In this document: in pieces, positions 32,853 to 43,621 of the stretch
Layout: the number at the start of each line of letters is the position of its first letter
How positions within the stretch are numbered: the stretch's first letter is position 1
NCBI GenBank assembly: GCA_001600815.1
Contig: BCKZ01000013.1
Span: forward strand, 459,621 to 523,620
Direction of reading: 5' to 3'
Length of the DNA stretch: 64,000 nt
Source of the DNA: Alloascoidea hylecoeti
Taxonomy: Eukaryota
Position numbers and translations under genes: made by a program
Notes under the pieces: generated by a model
Seen by the model: the letters and a program-made list of their open reading frames with translations, nothing else
Told to the model about the DNA's origin: nothing
The model's database searches: none

Positions 32853-35477
32853 TTATAAGTTTGAACTTGGTTTAGGTGTTCTACCAGGTGATTCAAGTAC
32901 TTTACCAGCTAATTTAGCTGCCATATTAGCTGATTTAGTATCTTTTGTCTGATTATTAGATTTAACTGGTTTTACAGTTTTGGAAACCAATTTATCATGA
33001 GGACTTGACTTACTTAAAGAGTCACGTTTAGATGATGAAACTGATGGACTGGTTGAAACAGAAGCAGATTTGGTATGACTTTGAATAGGTGCTGACAGTG
33101 CAATCGGAAGTGCAGGTTTGAGAGATTTGTTAGTATTTGGAGAAGATTGTTTGTTGATCTTTGTAGGTGTTTTAGTGATGGTAGGTTTAGCTGTTAATGT
33201 CAACCCAGGAGATAATAAGTTTGAATTTGAATTTGTATTTGTACGAGAATTTGGTTCATTAACTTTATTAGCATTTAAATTCATTTGATGTAAAGATAAT
33301 TGACTTTTCCTCTTTTCATCTTTTAATACTAATTTTAATGCTGATAATCTTCTTTCCCAAGCAGGAATATCATCAATTAATTTTTTTAATTTATTTTTTT
33401 CATCAATTAATTTTAATTCATCTAAATAAGAATCAATTGTTTTAAATTTTACTTTTTTTTCATTTGTAATTTGTAGTAAAAAATCATGATATTTATATAA
33501 ATTATCACGATGAGAAACAGTTAATATTGATATACCCATTTCTTTACAATAATTATAAAATTTTTCTTCTAATTCAATATTAATTGATGAAGTACATTCA
33601 TCTAAAATTGCAAATTTTGGTTTATGATACCATAATCTCGCAATACCAATAGTTTGTTGTAAACCAATATTTGTATCTTTCCAATTTTCAATTTGATTTA
33701 AATTTTTAAAAATTGATTTAATTTCTAAAATTTCTAAAATTGAATTAATTTTTAAATCAATTTTAACTTTTTCATCAATTGAAAATAATAATTCATCATC
33801 AGGATATAAAATTTGTTGTCTTAATGAACCAAATGATAAATAAGGTCTTTGTGGTATATAAAAAATTTCATTATCATTTGGTCTTATTAATAATTGAGAT
33901 TTATTATTATTATCATTATTTAAATTATAAATTGGCCATAATTTACCTAATAATCTAAATAATGATGATTTACCACAACCATTTGGACCAATAATTAATA
34001 AATTTTCACCATATTTTAATTCAAATGATAAATTTGGTATTAATATATCACCATTTGGTGAAACAATTGGAATATTTTCAAATTTAATTAAATTTGAATC
34101 ATATTTTATAACTTCATTAGGATTTGAAACAGTCAATTTATTATTCAATTTTGATTTTTGATATTTTCCTACTTTAATATCATCTAAAATTTTAATTAAA
34201 TTTGTAACTCTTGAAGTATAACCAGATAATTGAGAAATTTTTTTATAAGATTTCATTATTCTACCAAAAGCATCACTTGTTGAAACTAATAATCTTCTAT
34301 TTGTTATAAAATTCCCAGAAATATCTGAATTTTTTAAAATTGCTGTACCAATACTTTTATTATATAAAATTGAATCTTGAAAAAATACAGGAATTGAACA
34401 TAACATTAATCCTAATGCACCCCAAGTATATTTTATAATAAAATCTTCAAAAATATTAAAGTAGAAACGTTTTTTAATTATAAAATTAATATATTTTATT
34501 AATGTAAAATAACCTTCATCAACAATACTTTTTTCAAATTCTTCACCTTTAAATAAAGCAATTTCTTCAGAATATTCAATAATTTTAGAATGTTCTTGTC
34601 TAAATTCACCTTCTAAAGAAGTTTGTTGAGAAACATATTTCCCAAAAGGTGGTTGTAAGAACTTAATTGAATTTGAAGTTAATTGAATTAAAAGACCCAT
34701 TATAATCATTGATTCAGAACCAATATTTGAAGATAATTTATTACAATAAATTATTATATCTAGCATTGGTTTTGATAAATTTGAATATAAACCAACTAAA
34801 TTTTTTGTAAAATTATCAATATCAACAGTAATTAATTGATCAGGATTATTAATTCTATCATCAAGATTCAATAGACCATAATAAGTTGGAATTTTTTTTA
34901 AAGTTTTATCTTTTGAATTTCCAATACTTTTTGGAATATATTTATCATTAATATATTTTGTTAAAGAATTTCTAAAACACAAAGATAATTGAGTTTGTAA
35001 ATAATTAATTGAAGCATTTGTGAATACAGCTGGGATTGATATAGCCATCCATAAAATTAAATATTTTAAAAATAATTTTCCTTTACCACTAACTAAAGAA
35101 GAAACTAATTTCCCATCTAAAGCTGCAACCCAAACAGAAATCATTGTTCTTGCAATTAGAAATAAAGTATGAACAATTAAAAGAATTGATTGTTTTGATT
35201 TCCATGGCATTACAATTTTTATTAGTTTTAACAAATCTTTAAGGAAATCTTTTGAAATTTTCTTTTTTTCTTGAGTTTCTCTTTCTAATTGGTTTTTTTT
35301 CTCTTCTTGATCTTCCGGCCGACCAAGCTCAAAATCAGGTTTCGGCTTTTTGGAAGAGCCAGACGATGGAGTTGGTCTGAAGGCAGCGTAGAACAGGGCA
35401 CAGTAGGCCACTTTTGTTAAGATGTGTCTGTAGTCACCGTAGAAGCGGGCGAGGTGTGGAAGCGAAACAACCGCCAT
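32853..35477 (-). CDS. PXA2: Peroxisomal ABCD half-transporter (long-chain fatty acid import), Pxa2-like
   Basis: LDDRINNPDQLITVD, EAA-like SEEIALFKG, Walker A GPNGCGKSS, YIPQRPY, Walker B AILDECTS, VSHR. Likely start MAVVSL at 35477. Confidence 0.85.
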   Translation of the reverse strand: MAVVSLPHLARFYGDYRHILTKVAYCALFYAAFRPTPSSGSSKKPKPDFELGRPEDQEEKKNQLERETQEKKKISKDFLKDLLKLIKIVMPWKSKQSILLIVHTLFLIARTMISVWVAALDGKLVSSLVSGKGKLFLKYLILWMAISIPAVFTNASINYLQTQLSLCFRNSLTKYINDKYIPKSIGNSKDKTLKKIPTYYGLLNLDDRINNPDQLITVDIDNFTKNLVGLYSNLSKPMLDIIIYCNKLSSNIGSESMIIMGLLIQLTSNSIKFLQPPFGKYVSQQTSLEGEFRQEHSKIIEYSEEIALFKGEEFEKSIVDEGYFTLIKYINFIIKKRFYFNIFEDFIIKYTWGALGLMLCSIPVFFQDSILYNKSIGTAILKNSDISGNFITNRRLLVSTSDAFGRIMKSYKKISQLSGYTSRVTNLIKILDDIKVGKYQKSKLNNKLTVSNPNEVIKYDSNLIKFENIPIVSPNGDILIPNLSFELKYGENLLIIGPNGCGKSSLFRLLGKLWPIYNLNNDNNNKSQLLIRPNDNEIFYIPQRPYLSFGSLRQQILYPDDELLFSIDEKVKIDLKINSILEILEIKSIFKNLNQIENWKDTNIGLQQTIGIARLWYHKPKFAILDECTSSINIELEEKFYNYCKEMGISILTVSHRDNLYKYHDFLLQITNEKKVKFKTIDSYLDELKLIDEKNKLKKLIDDIPAWERRLSALKLVLKDEKRKSQLSLHQMNLNANKVNEPNSRTNTNSNSNLLSPGLTLTAKPTITKTPTKINKQSSPNTNKSLKPALPIALSAPIQSHTKSASVSTSPSVSSSKRDSLSKSSPHDKLVSKTVKPVKSNNQTKDTKSANMAAKLAGKVLESPGRTPKPSSNL

Positions 35478-35763
35478 TTTCTGATAATGATAAGGAGTAG
35501 GTGTAGTTGAAGAACAAATATATAAATATACAGAGGTTGGAGGATGGGCCGAACAGAAGGACCGGTCCCGCACCTGCGAGATAGCGGTGCCAACCATGCA
35601 TTTTAGTGGGGATAACACCCGGACTGCCAGAGGATCCGCAAACAGACCCGCGGCTCTGTTTCACATGCAAGCCCGAGGTCCGGGTAACGCGGCGACAATA
35701 CGAAGATACGGATATGCACACGTGCGTCTCGTAAACTAACGATTACCGTATACTGCTACTACT

Positions 35764-36627
35764 CTATAACTTGGCGTTAAACGGACAGCCAGTACCGACA
35801 CTCACCAGGTTGACCTGGGCTTTCCCGTCTGCCCCCCGTCTGACCCCCAGCTCCAGCAGCTTCCCAAACGCTTTGGCAAAATCAGAGTGGAATCTTTCCA
35901 AGTCTTTGGCATAAATCTCCACCCATTTTTTGAATTTGGCATCTCTTACTAATGCCATATCGGCCGGTAACATCATAATTTCCATGTCTTCATTCCAATA
36001 TTGTTCGTGATCTTCATCCAGTTTTTGTATTTCGTAATCTTCTTCGCTTAAGAGCATTTTGAAAAATGTATTGTTGAAAACTGTTGGACGTGGAACCCAT
36101 TTCCCATCAAATCCTGATCTATCACGATGACATCTACCCAAATTATGAGCTCCAACTAATGCAACAATTTCTTGATCGTTAAATCCCATACGATAAAACA
36201 CATCCCTGACATGTTGTTCTCCTTGAGCAGCGTCTGGTAATCTTCCATTTGGCGGGACGTTTTTATCATCTTCATAATCTATTCTACCTGGTCTCCATGG
36301 AACAACTGGTCCATCCAATTCTTCAACTGCGACAACTGCGGCCAATGTCCATAAATCAGAATAACTAATCCATGGAAATTGTTTTTTTATTGGCTCTAAA
36401 AATGCTCTAGCATGTTCAAGTCCATTGTTTGCATCATCATTTTTTTCCAATGCAAACCTCATCGTTGATCCATTAGAACCCCCTGTATGAGAGGCAATAT
36501 CAAATGTCCCTGAAGCATGCCATCCTAAACGGACAAGTACAGGTCCTGCTGATCCATCATCATAATCTTCTTGTGGAATTATCTTTTTAATAGCTTCTCT
36601 AACTGCGTTATAATCTTTTTCTGCCAT
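35764..36627 (-). CDS. CCP2: Class I heme peroxidase, cytochrome c peroxidase-like, with PTS1 (-AKL)
   Basis: [47 protein letters not shown]. No mitochondrial presequence; ends GCPFNAKL*. Confidence 0.9.
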   Translation of the reverse strand: MAEKDYNAVREAIKKIIPQEDYDDGSAGPVLVRLGWHASGTFDIASHTGGSNGSTMRFALEKNDDANNGLEHARAFLEPIKKQFPWISYSDLWTLAAVVAVEELDGPVVPWRPGRIDYEDDKNVPPNGRLPDAAQGEQHVRDVFYRMGFNDQEIVALVGAHNLGRCHRDRSGFDGKWVPRPTVFNNTFFKMLLSEEDYEIQKLDEDHEQYWNEDMEIMMLPADMALVRDAKFKKWVEIYAKDLERFHSDFAKAFGKLLELGVRRGADGKAQVNLVSVGTGCPFNAKL

Positions 36628-37761
36628 TTCTTTGTCTTTGTTTGTTTTGTTGCTCACTTAGATATTAGACTTATAGAAAAATACTTTTAGGAGATTTGGT
36701 TTCTTTAAAGGAAAAAAAATGGGGGTCGCATGTGGAGTGCATGTGATCAACAAATGTTCGGGAAACTTTAACTATAAGAAGCACAACCATTATCACCAAT
36801 TCATTAAAATTTGTTTTAAAACAGAGAAAAATTTATCCTATTCAAATAAAAACCAACAAAAAATATGATTGTTATAGATATATAATTGATAGTCTTGATT
36901 ATCTTGTTATATTGAACACATTGGATAACAATTTGTATATATTTGTTAATCTTTCGGAATTAAACTTCCCCCCCATACATACAAAGTTCCCTCATTTCAA
37001 AAACTGATCAATTAGAAGACTTTTATTTGTCATTAGTTATGATACGTAGTTATACATTAAAAGATTAAATAAAATGAAATATGACAGAAATTCAGAATAT
37101 AAAACTCCTTTCTTAAAACTAGCATATGCAAAAATATAAATAGACCAAAACCTACCGACAAAACAAACAAATAGCCGAACATAAAATAGAATAGAATAAA
37201 ATAAAAAGATTGCACTTCAGACATAATAAATAATTGTATTAAATTTAAATAAGTAAAGCTTAAGCAAATATATATTTTATGCAAGATTATATTGTAAAGC
37301 ACTATTTTTGATTCCCTACGGCTGATCTAGCCGATCACATCAAAATGATATTCAAAATTATGAAGATGAAGCTTTGAACTTCAACAAGGTGGAATTATAA
37401 TGATAATCATTATATATACATGTCTGCATATGTATTATTGTGATGAAGGATCATATATCATATCATCTATCATGTTTACTGAAATATAAGTACTTGCTAT
37501 CATTTAAAACAAGCTCAGTTTTATATTCATGAAATATTGATGTGATGGATCAATCATGATACTATGTATCCGGTGACCCTATAGTATTATTATCATTATC
37601 ATTAACATGAATTAATAATACTTCCTGATAATCTCTTTCTTATAATTATAATAAATTCATAATTAAGTAACCATTAAAAGGTAGATACTTTTTGATCATG
37701 AAATTGTTTAAATTTATAACAATCAAATTTCAAATGTCAAATCATTTCAAATTTCAAATCT

Positions 37762-38562
37762 TCAATTTTTAAAATTTTCAAAATCAAAAGAACCATATAT
37801 CATCTCATCACTTTTATTCAATTTAAATTTTAAAAATCCTTTTTCAATCCAACAATTAACAGGGCCTTTTTCATTTTTCCATTTTAAATCATTTGATAAA
37901 TGAACAACAAATAATTTTTTTGAATCTTTTCTTTCGACATTAAAATTATTATCATCTGTTACTTTAATATTATGAACTATTGATGTTATTATAATTGTAT
38001 GATTTGATGGGGATGTGAAAACTTCAATTTCATCCATAAATAAATATGGTAATGATATAGATATCTCATAAGAATTTGGTAAATTTAAAATTTCAAACGG
38101 ATTTAACATTTCAAAGGATTTTGGTTGTGATATGTTAAATTTTGGTGTAACAGGAGATTTAGGTGGAGTTGGTGGTGCAATATCTATTTTCTTTTCAACT
38201 TTTTCAACTTTTTCAATTGGAGTCTCGGTTTCAACTTCAATCACTGGAGTTGGCTTTATCATTTGAGCAGCAGAGAATATTGACCTTCTTCTTTGAATAT
38301 TTGCAGCAGCCGCATAAATAGCTTCATTATTCGGAACACAAATAGTATTTCTTTTATTTGAAGAAGCAGATATAGTATTTCTTCTTGGCATAATATTTGA
38401 AACAGAATTAACTGTTATTGTAGTTGGCTCTTTTGGAATATGTCCTTCTTCATGATGGTCAAAATCAAAATCAGGAAGAGTTATAAATGATGCACCTGCA
38501 TTTGATTTTTCATTAACATTTGGAAAAGTAATAGAAACTGGACGACGTGAGTTACTCATCAT
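37762..38562 (-). CDS. Divergent small heat-shock (alpha-crystallin/HSP20-like) domain protein
   Basis: C-terminal FEILNLPNSYEISISLP..DEIEV..NHTIIITS..VHLSNDL..VNCWIEKGFLKFKLNK follows the ACD strand pattern; disordered N-terminus. Confidence 0.6.
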   Translation of the reverse strand: MMSNSRRPVSITFPNVNEKSNAGASFITLPDFDFDHHEEGHIPKEPTTITVNSVSNIMPRRNTISASSNKRNTICVPNNEAIYAAAANIQRRRSIFSAAQMIKPTPVIEVETETPIEKVEKVEKKIDIAPPTPPKSPVTPKFNISQPKSFEMLNPFEILNLPNSYEISISLPYLFMDEIEVFTSPSNHTIIITSIVHNIKVTDDNNFNVERKDSKKLFVVHLSNDLKWKNEKGPVNCWIEKGFLKFKLNKSDEMIYGSFDFENFKN

Positions 38563-41500
38563 TTAATTTAATGTTTCCAGGTAGTTAAAAAGCAAAAAAT
38601 ATAATTATAGATTTTTATAAATAAAACAATAGAGGAATTTGCGGCTGTTTATATATAACTGTGTTCCGTTTTACCAGAATCTTATAGTAAAACAAACTTT
38701 TATGATATTAATTATAATGACTATTTATGACTAATATAATTATAATAATTCATATTGTGATAATCTTTTCTAGTTAATTCCATCCATAAATGGTATTTTT
38801 AATTGATTTAACTGCCGAAAAAATGGAAATGGACATGGCAGTTTTTAATATATTTGCCCATATTTTTCCGCGTTTGGTAATAAGATCTACTAATTATGAT
38901 TTGGATTTGCAGAAATGGTTCATCATACAGTACTGTTTCTTTACTTCAATTTTTCAATAACCTTTCAATTTAAAAATGTGTTAAATAATAATACCTTATA
39001 AACCTTCCAGAGTTTCATGGCAAATATAAAAAAGATTCTTTTTTCATTCGACAATGAAATATTAGAATTAGAATCACAAGATTTACAATTAATCTTATAT
39101 TCTTATCGGGAATCTTGAATCTTGATCATTAATTTTTAAATGATGAAGCAATTCTATAAGTTATAGACTTAACGGACTATTGATTATCATTTGGGCTTAG
39201 AATTAAGCATGACTTTGTGATCCTATTAACAACTCTAATATTTTAATAGAAAAAGATTTTTTTCATTTTTCATTTTCGCAGGTAAGGAAAGTGGGAAAAT
39301 AATTGTAGATCTAAGTCTAATTAATAAATGCAACAATGCAACAATTGGCAATAAAAAAGTTAACTGAAACGAGAAAAAAAACCGCCATTAACATTCTTTT
39401 TTTCATACATCGTTGATTATAGAAGTAAATAGCAAGTAAATTAAAACCCACAAAACAAGTTATATAATATATAAAAGATATGTTGCATAACACAATTACA
39501 ACATGTACAGAACATGTAATACAACATGCAGCCGTTATAATAATCAAATTGATTCGAATTTTATAAAAATGACTGCGATTGAGGACCCTAAGGTCATTGA
39601 CTCATTGGTTTTCTGTGATCTTTGACCATGGGAAAACTCTTAAATAAATAACAAAACTAAAAGAATTTAAACAAAAAGAAAGGTTCATATTTGAAATGAT
39701 CAAGTGCATATGGTTATGATATATGGTGATGAGAAATATGTAACTGCAACATCATCTAAAAATTGTAAAACTCCACTAGGGCCACCACAAGAGATGATCC
39801 TAAATAATAATATTGATGATGATCAAAAGAGGAAATTTTAACCAGCCTACTGCAAAATTACTTTTGAATATAATGCTGTTATTATTTCATGTCTAATATA
39901 TGAATGAAGGTTTGTGAATTTATAACAGATTTGTTTTAAATCATAATTGTGATGACTTTCTTGACATATGTTGTCTTAAATGACTTCAGCTTTGATCCAG
40001 CCTGGATCAGATCTTAAAACATAATTATAAGATAAAACAATTTATTTAATTTCAATTGAAAAATATATATCGTGAAAAAATATCGCAAACAGTTGACGTT
40101 TCAACCGTAATTATATGCAATGTTATAACATAAGAAATGCATATGTGTAGAATAAACATATGATAATTCATATTTAATAGCTAATTATAGTCATTATAAT
40201 TAAGACCATTTTTACAAAGATTCAGTTATATCATTATAACTTCATAAGTTATAACTTATAAGTTTCATAGCTATAGCTCCGTACCTGCACTATTATTTCT
40301 TCATACTTGCAATTCCGGGTCATTGGATCTACGGCTATTATTAAGTCAGATTTACAGCCGCATATAGTAATGCCTCGATCATTTTTAGTGATCATTAAGA
40401 TATAAAAGGAAATAAATGAAGATAATTTAAGAGAAGTTTAACATATTGGTCATTATTAATTGACCTTTTCAGGTCAGGAACCTCAACCAAAAGAAATTGG
40501 CCATGGATCATGATTAACAAACTGAAAAGAGTAATTATAATCAATATTTCAAAGTAAATGCCTAAGTATAAAATGTTTAGTGGAAGTTGTATATTTAATC
40601 AGGTTATTGTGAAATTGTTGGGTTAATATATTGTAATACGATATGAATTATATGTGAATAACTGTCGGATCTCAATACAATAATAACGCTGATGACAATT
40701 AATTCGTAAATTCGTCACTTGAAAAAATCAACTTATTTAACTAGCTATACTGCATACAAAAGCTTATAGCTACAGCTATAGCTGGTATAGCTAGCTTTAT
40801 ATAGTGAGACATATACCCTGCCTTAAGCTTGTAGATATTAGTGATCATATATAGAATCTATAATTATCAATGGGCAAACTTTCTGATAATTGTTACACAC
40901 GCTGTTTAAGTGGACTACCAGGCTGTACATGTGTATTGCAATTGGGATTATATGTTATTGATCTGTTAATCACAGAGAAGTATTCGTATAGAGCATAGGG
41001 TTAAGATCTAGAGCTAAGTTTATAAGAATTGATCTTCATGTTCGATCACAATTATAAGTTATAGCTTGAAAGCTCCGGCTTAAAGCTCGATCGCGAGACG
41101 GTTTATATAGGAATCTCTTTATATTATTAATGGGCACACATTGTATCATGATGAACATAGATTAAAGCTTTAATATATGACCGCGGGTAAATGTTTATAT
41201 CCGATATTTAAAAAAGATTTAAAGAACCCACGAGCTTAACGGCGGTGAAATTTCAATGATGTACCATACAATTAATCGCGACATTTTTCAAAATATGGTT
41301 CTTTTTCTTTTCCTATATTATGGTACAGTATTTCGTATAAATAAACTCGTTAAAATGAAAACCGTTGTCTAATTTATTAAATAAAGTTGATAAATTATAT
41401 AAGATTATCCCGTGAAGCTACTAAATTGACCATGAGCGTTGTATAGAAACTCATTTCACAATTTCATTTGATTAATTATACCGTATGCTGATAAATATTT

Positions 41501-42046
41501 AACAAATATAGGAATGTGCAGCTGCTTTTTTAATAATATTTACTTGTGTACATATTGTGATAATCTGGAGTTATAATTATGGGTATAATTCTCAATTGCA
41601 AACTGGAGCACAAATGGGAGTGTCTTCCGTCATTTTCATCTGAAGTTTCTAGAAAATCATATGAACGTTGAAATCGTATATTTTCATTTGAAAATGCACA
41701 TACATTATGAAGTAGGAGATACAGAAAGTTATCAGTTTACAAAATGCCATAAATTTCATTAATATCAAATGTGTTTAAATGATCGTAGATTTTTCCAAAT
41801 TTAAATAGATCAAAAGAAAAGAAAAAGCTGATTATTGTGTGGAAACTCTAGGATCGACACTTAATGTATAGTTTCATATTTTCTATGGATCTAAACCATT
41901 TGGAAAAAATTAAATTTCGGATCCATTAGTTTGGTTGAAAATACCCTTGCTTTTAATCCTAACCAAATGAAAAATTTTGTCCCAAAGAAATAGTAGCTAG
42001 ATAATTGTACCTAAAATTATTCAATTGATAAGAGTACAGATTAAAA

Positions 42047-43480
42047 TTATAGCGCCCATGGTGCTTTCGTTCCTGGCCCTCTTGTCGATGAGTGGTCATT
42101 ATGTGTAGAATTCGTATTTGTTTTAGCCCAGGGAGCTCCTGTTCCTCCAGAAGATTCATCGGAAGATAATACATTGATATTTGAACGAACAGGAGGATCC
42201 CAAGGAGAATTTGTACGAAGAGGCCCGGTCATTTGTCTATTGTTAGATGCCCAGGGCGCATTCATCGATGGAATAGAACTAGTTGTTGCCTTTTTAAACC
42301 CAGTTAGATTACCAAACTCCTTCTTAGTACCAGCAAACATTAATGCTCTTTGAGAATCATTTATAATTTCTTTTCCACTTTCTTCTTCTTCATTTTCCTC
42401 CATATTTTCTCGTTCTCTTGGATCAGTAGTAGGTAAATCATTATTTTCCATATCCCTCCACGGAAACAAAGCACTGCCAAACCAAAAATGTTGAACAACA
42501 GGAAATTTCGCTAAAACCTCAGCATCATACATTTTCAACATTCCTTTATATATCTTTTCCCAATTTGCAACTCCTGTGATATCATACAGTATTGGGGAAT
42601 GTTCAAAAAATGGCCCACTCTTAACACTCAATATAAAAGCGATTGCATTATAATATAAATTGCGATTTTTGTATTTTTCAACAATCCTTGGATTAGCAAC
42701 AGATGAAGGAGGAGGTGGAGATGCTGATAGAGCTTTCAGTGGTCTAGGAGTTGCAAATTGTACCGTCTCACCATGATTCACCGTCTTCAAATCTATGAAC
42801 TGAGCAGCACCAAATATATAAATTAGATGGAAGTGATCATCTAGTCCCCACACACCATGACTACCAGCAGGTTCTAAAGTATATGATGTTATTAATTTCC
42901 TTACTAAATTAAAGTATCGTAGAAATATTAATAAGAAATCTTTTCCTGTTACATCATCTCTTAGAACTCCGAGCATCATTAAACCACCAATGAATGCCAA
43001 AAAGCTTAATTCATGTCCAGTTCCAAAATCAAGTCGTGGTTTTGATCCAAACCCACCCATAAAATAAGATGATAATTCATCAAAGGCTTTTATATCTTTA
43101 TTTGGATCATAATATTTTTGAAACTTCTTTATTAATAAACTTTTTGTACCTTCTTGCATTTTACTTTGCCATTGCCTAAATGCCATATTTCCAAATCTTC
43201 TCGGTCCTTCTAAAGGAGGCGTTTCCTGTCGCCATTTATCCAATTTATCTAACACCTCTAGTATAGCAGTAACACGTTCATTTGTTGTGGAATCATTTGA
43301 ATCAGGGGGCAAGTCTTGTAAACTAATAAGATTGCATATCCGGGAGATGAGATATTGTATTCTGTAATGTGATATAGATGATTTAAAATAAGGGATTTCT
43401 CTTGGTCCATATATCTTTTTAACCAACTCAGAGTAGTATGGATTTGGACCTAAATCAAAATATTTATCGTGTTCAGCCAT
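42047..43480 (-). CDS. RRD1: PP2A phosphatase activator (PTPA family)
   Basis: GPRRFGN, RLDFGTGHELSF, YTLEPAGSHGVWGLDDHFHL, KSGPFFEHSP, EVLAKFPVVQHF. Confidence 0.93.
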   Translation of the reverse strand: MAEHDKYFDLGPNPYYSELVKKIYGPREIPYFKSSISHYRIQYLISRICNLISLQDLPPDSNDSTTNERVTAILEVLDKLDKWRQETPPLEGPRRFGNMAFRQWQSKMQEGTKSLLIKKFQKYYDPNKDIKAFDELSSYFMGGFGSKPRLDFGTGHELSFLAFIGGLMMLGVLRDDVTGKDFLLIFLRYFNLVRKLITSYTLEPAGSHGVWGLDDHFHLIYIFGAAQFIDLKTVNHGETVQFATPRPLKALSASPPPPSSVANPRIVEKYKNRNLYYNAIAFILSVKSGPFFEHSPILYDITGVANWEKIYKGMLKMYDAEVLAKFPVVQHFWFGSALFPWRDMENNDLPTTDPRERENMEENEEEESGKEIINDSQRALMFAGTKKEFGNLTGFKKATTSSIPSMNAPWASNNRQMTGPLRTNSPWDPPVRSNINVLSSDESSGGTGAPWAKTNTNSTHNDHSSTRGPGTKAPWAL

Positions 43481-43621
43481 CTCTTCGAATGAATATAAGG
43501 TTCTGAAAGTGAAAAGGACTTCTACTTCGTGTCATGGATATTATTGAAAAATTACCCGGATTTCAGAAAATTCAAAGTAAACATCATATTTGAATAGATT
43601 TTCAAAACTGAAGAAGACAAA

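Noticed and set aside
35478..35721. N-terminal extension of PXA2 and overlapping 95-aa ORF
   Set aside because: Explained by the GC-rich promoter patch, which has few stops; no recognisable homology.
37440..37485. Box C/D snoRNA candidate (gtgatga...ctga)
   Set aside because: Too short, no recognisable rRNA guide, and the region is rich in TGAT/ATCA repeats.
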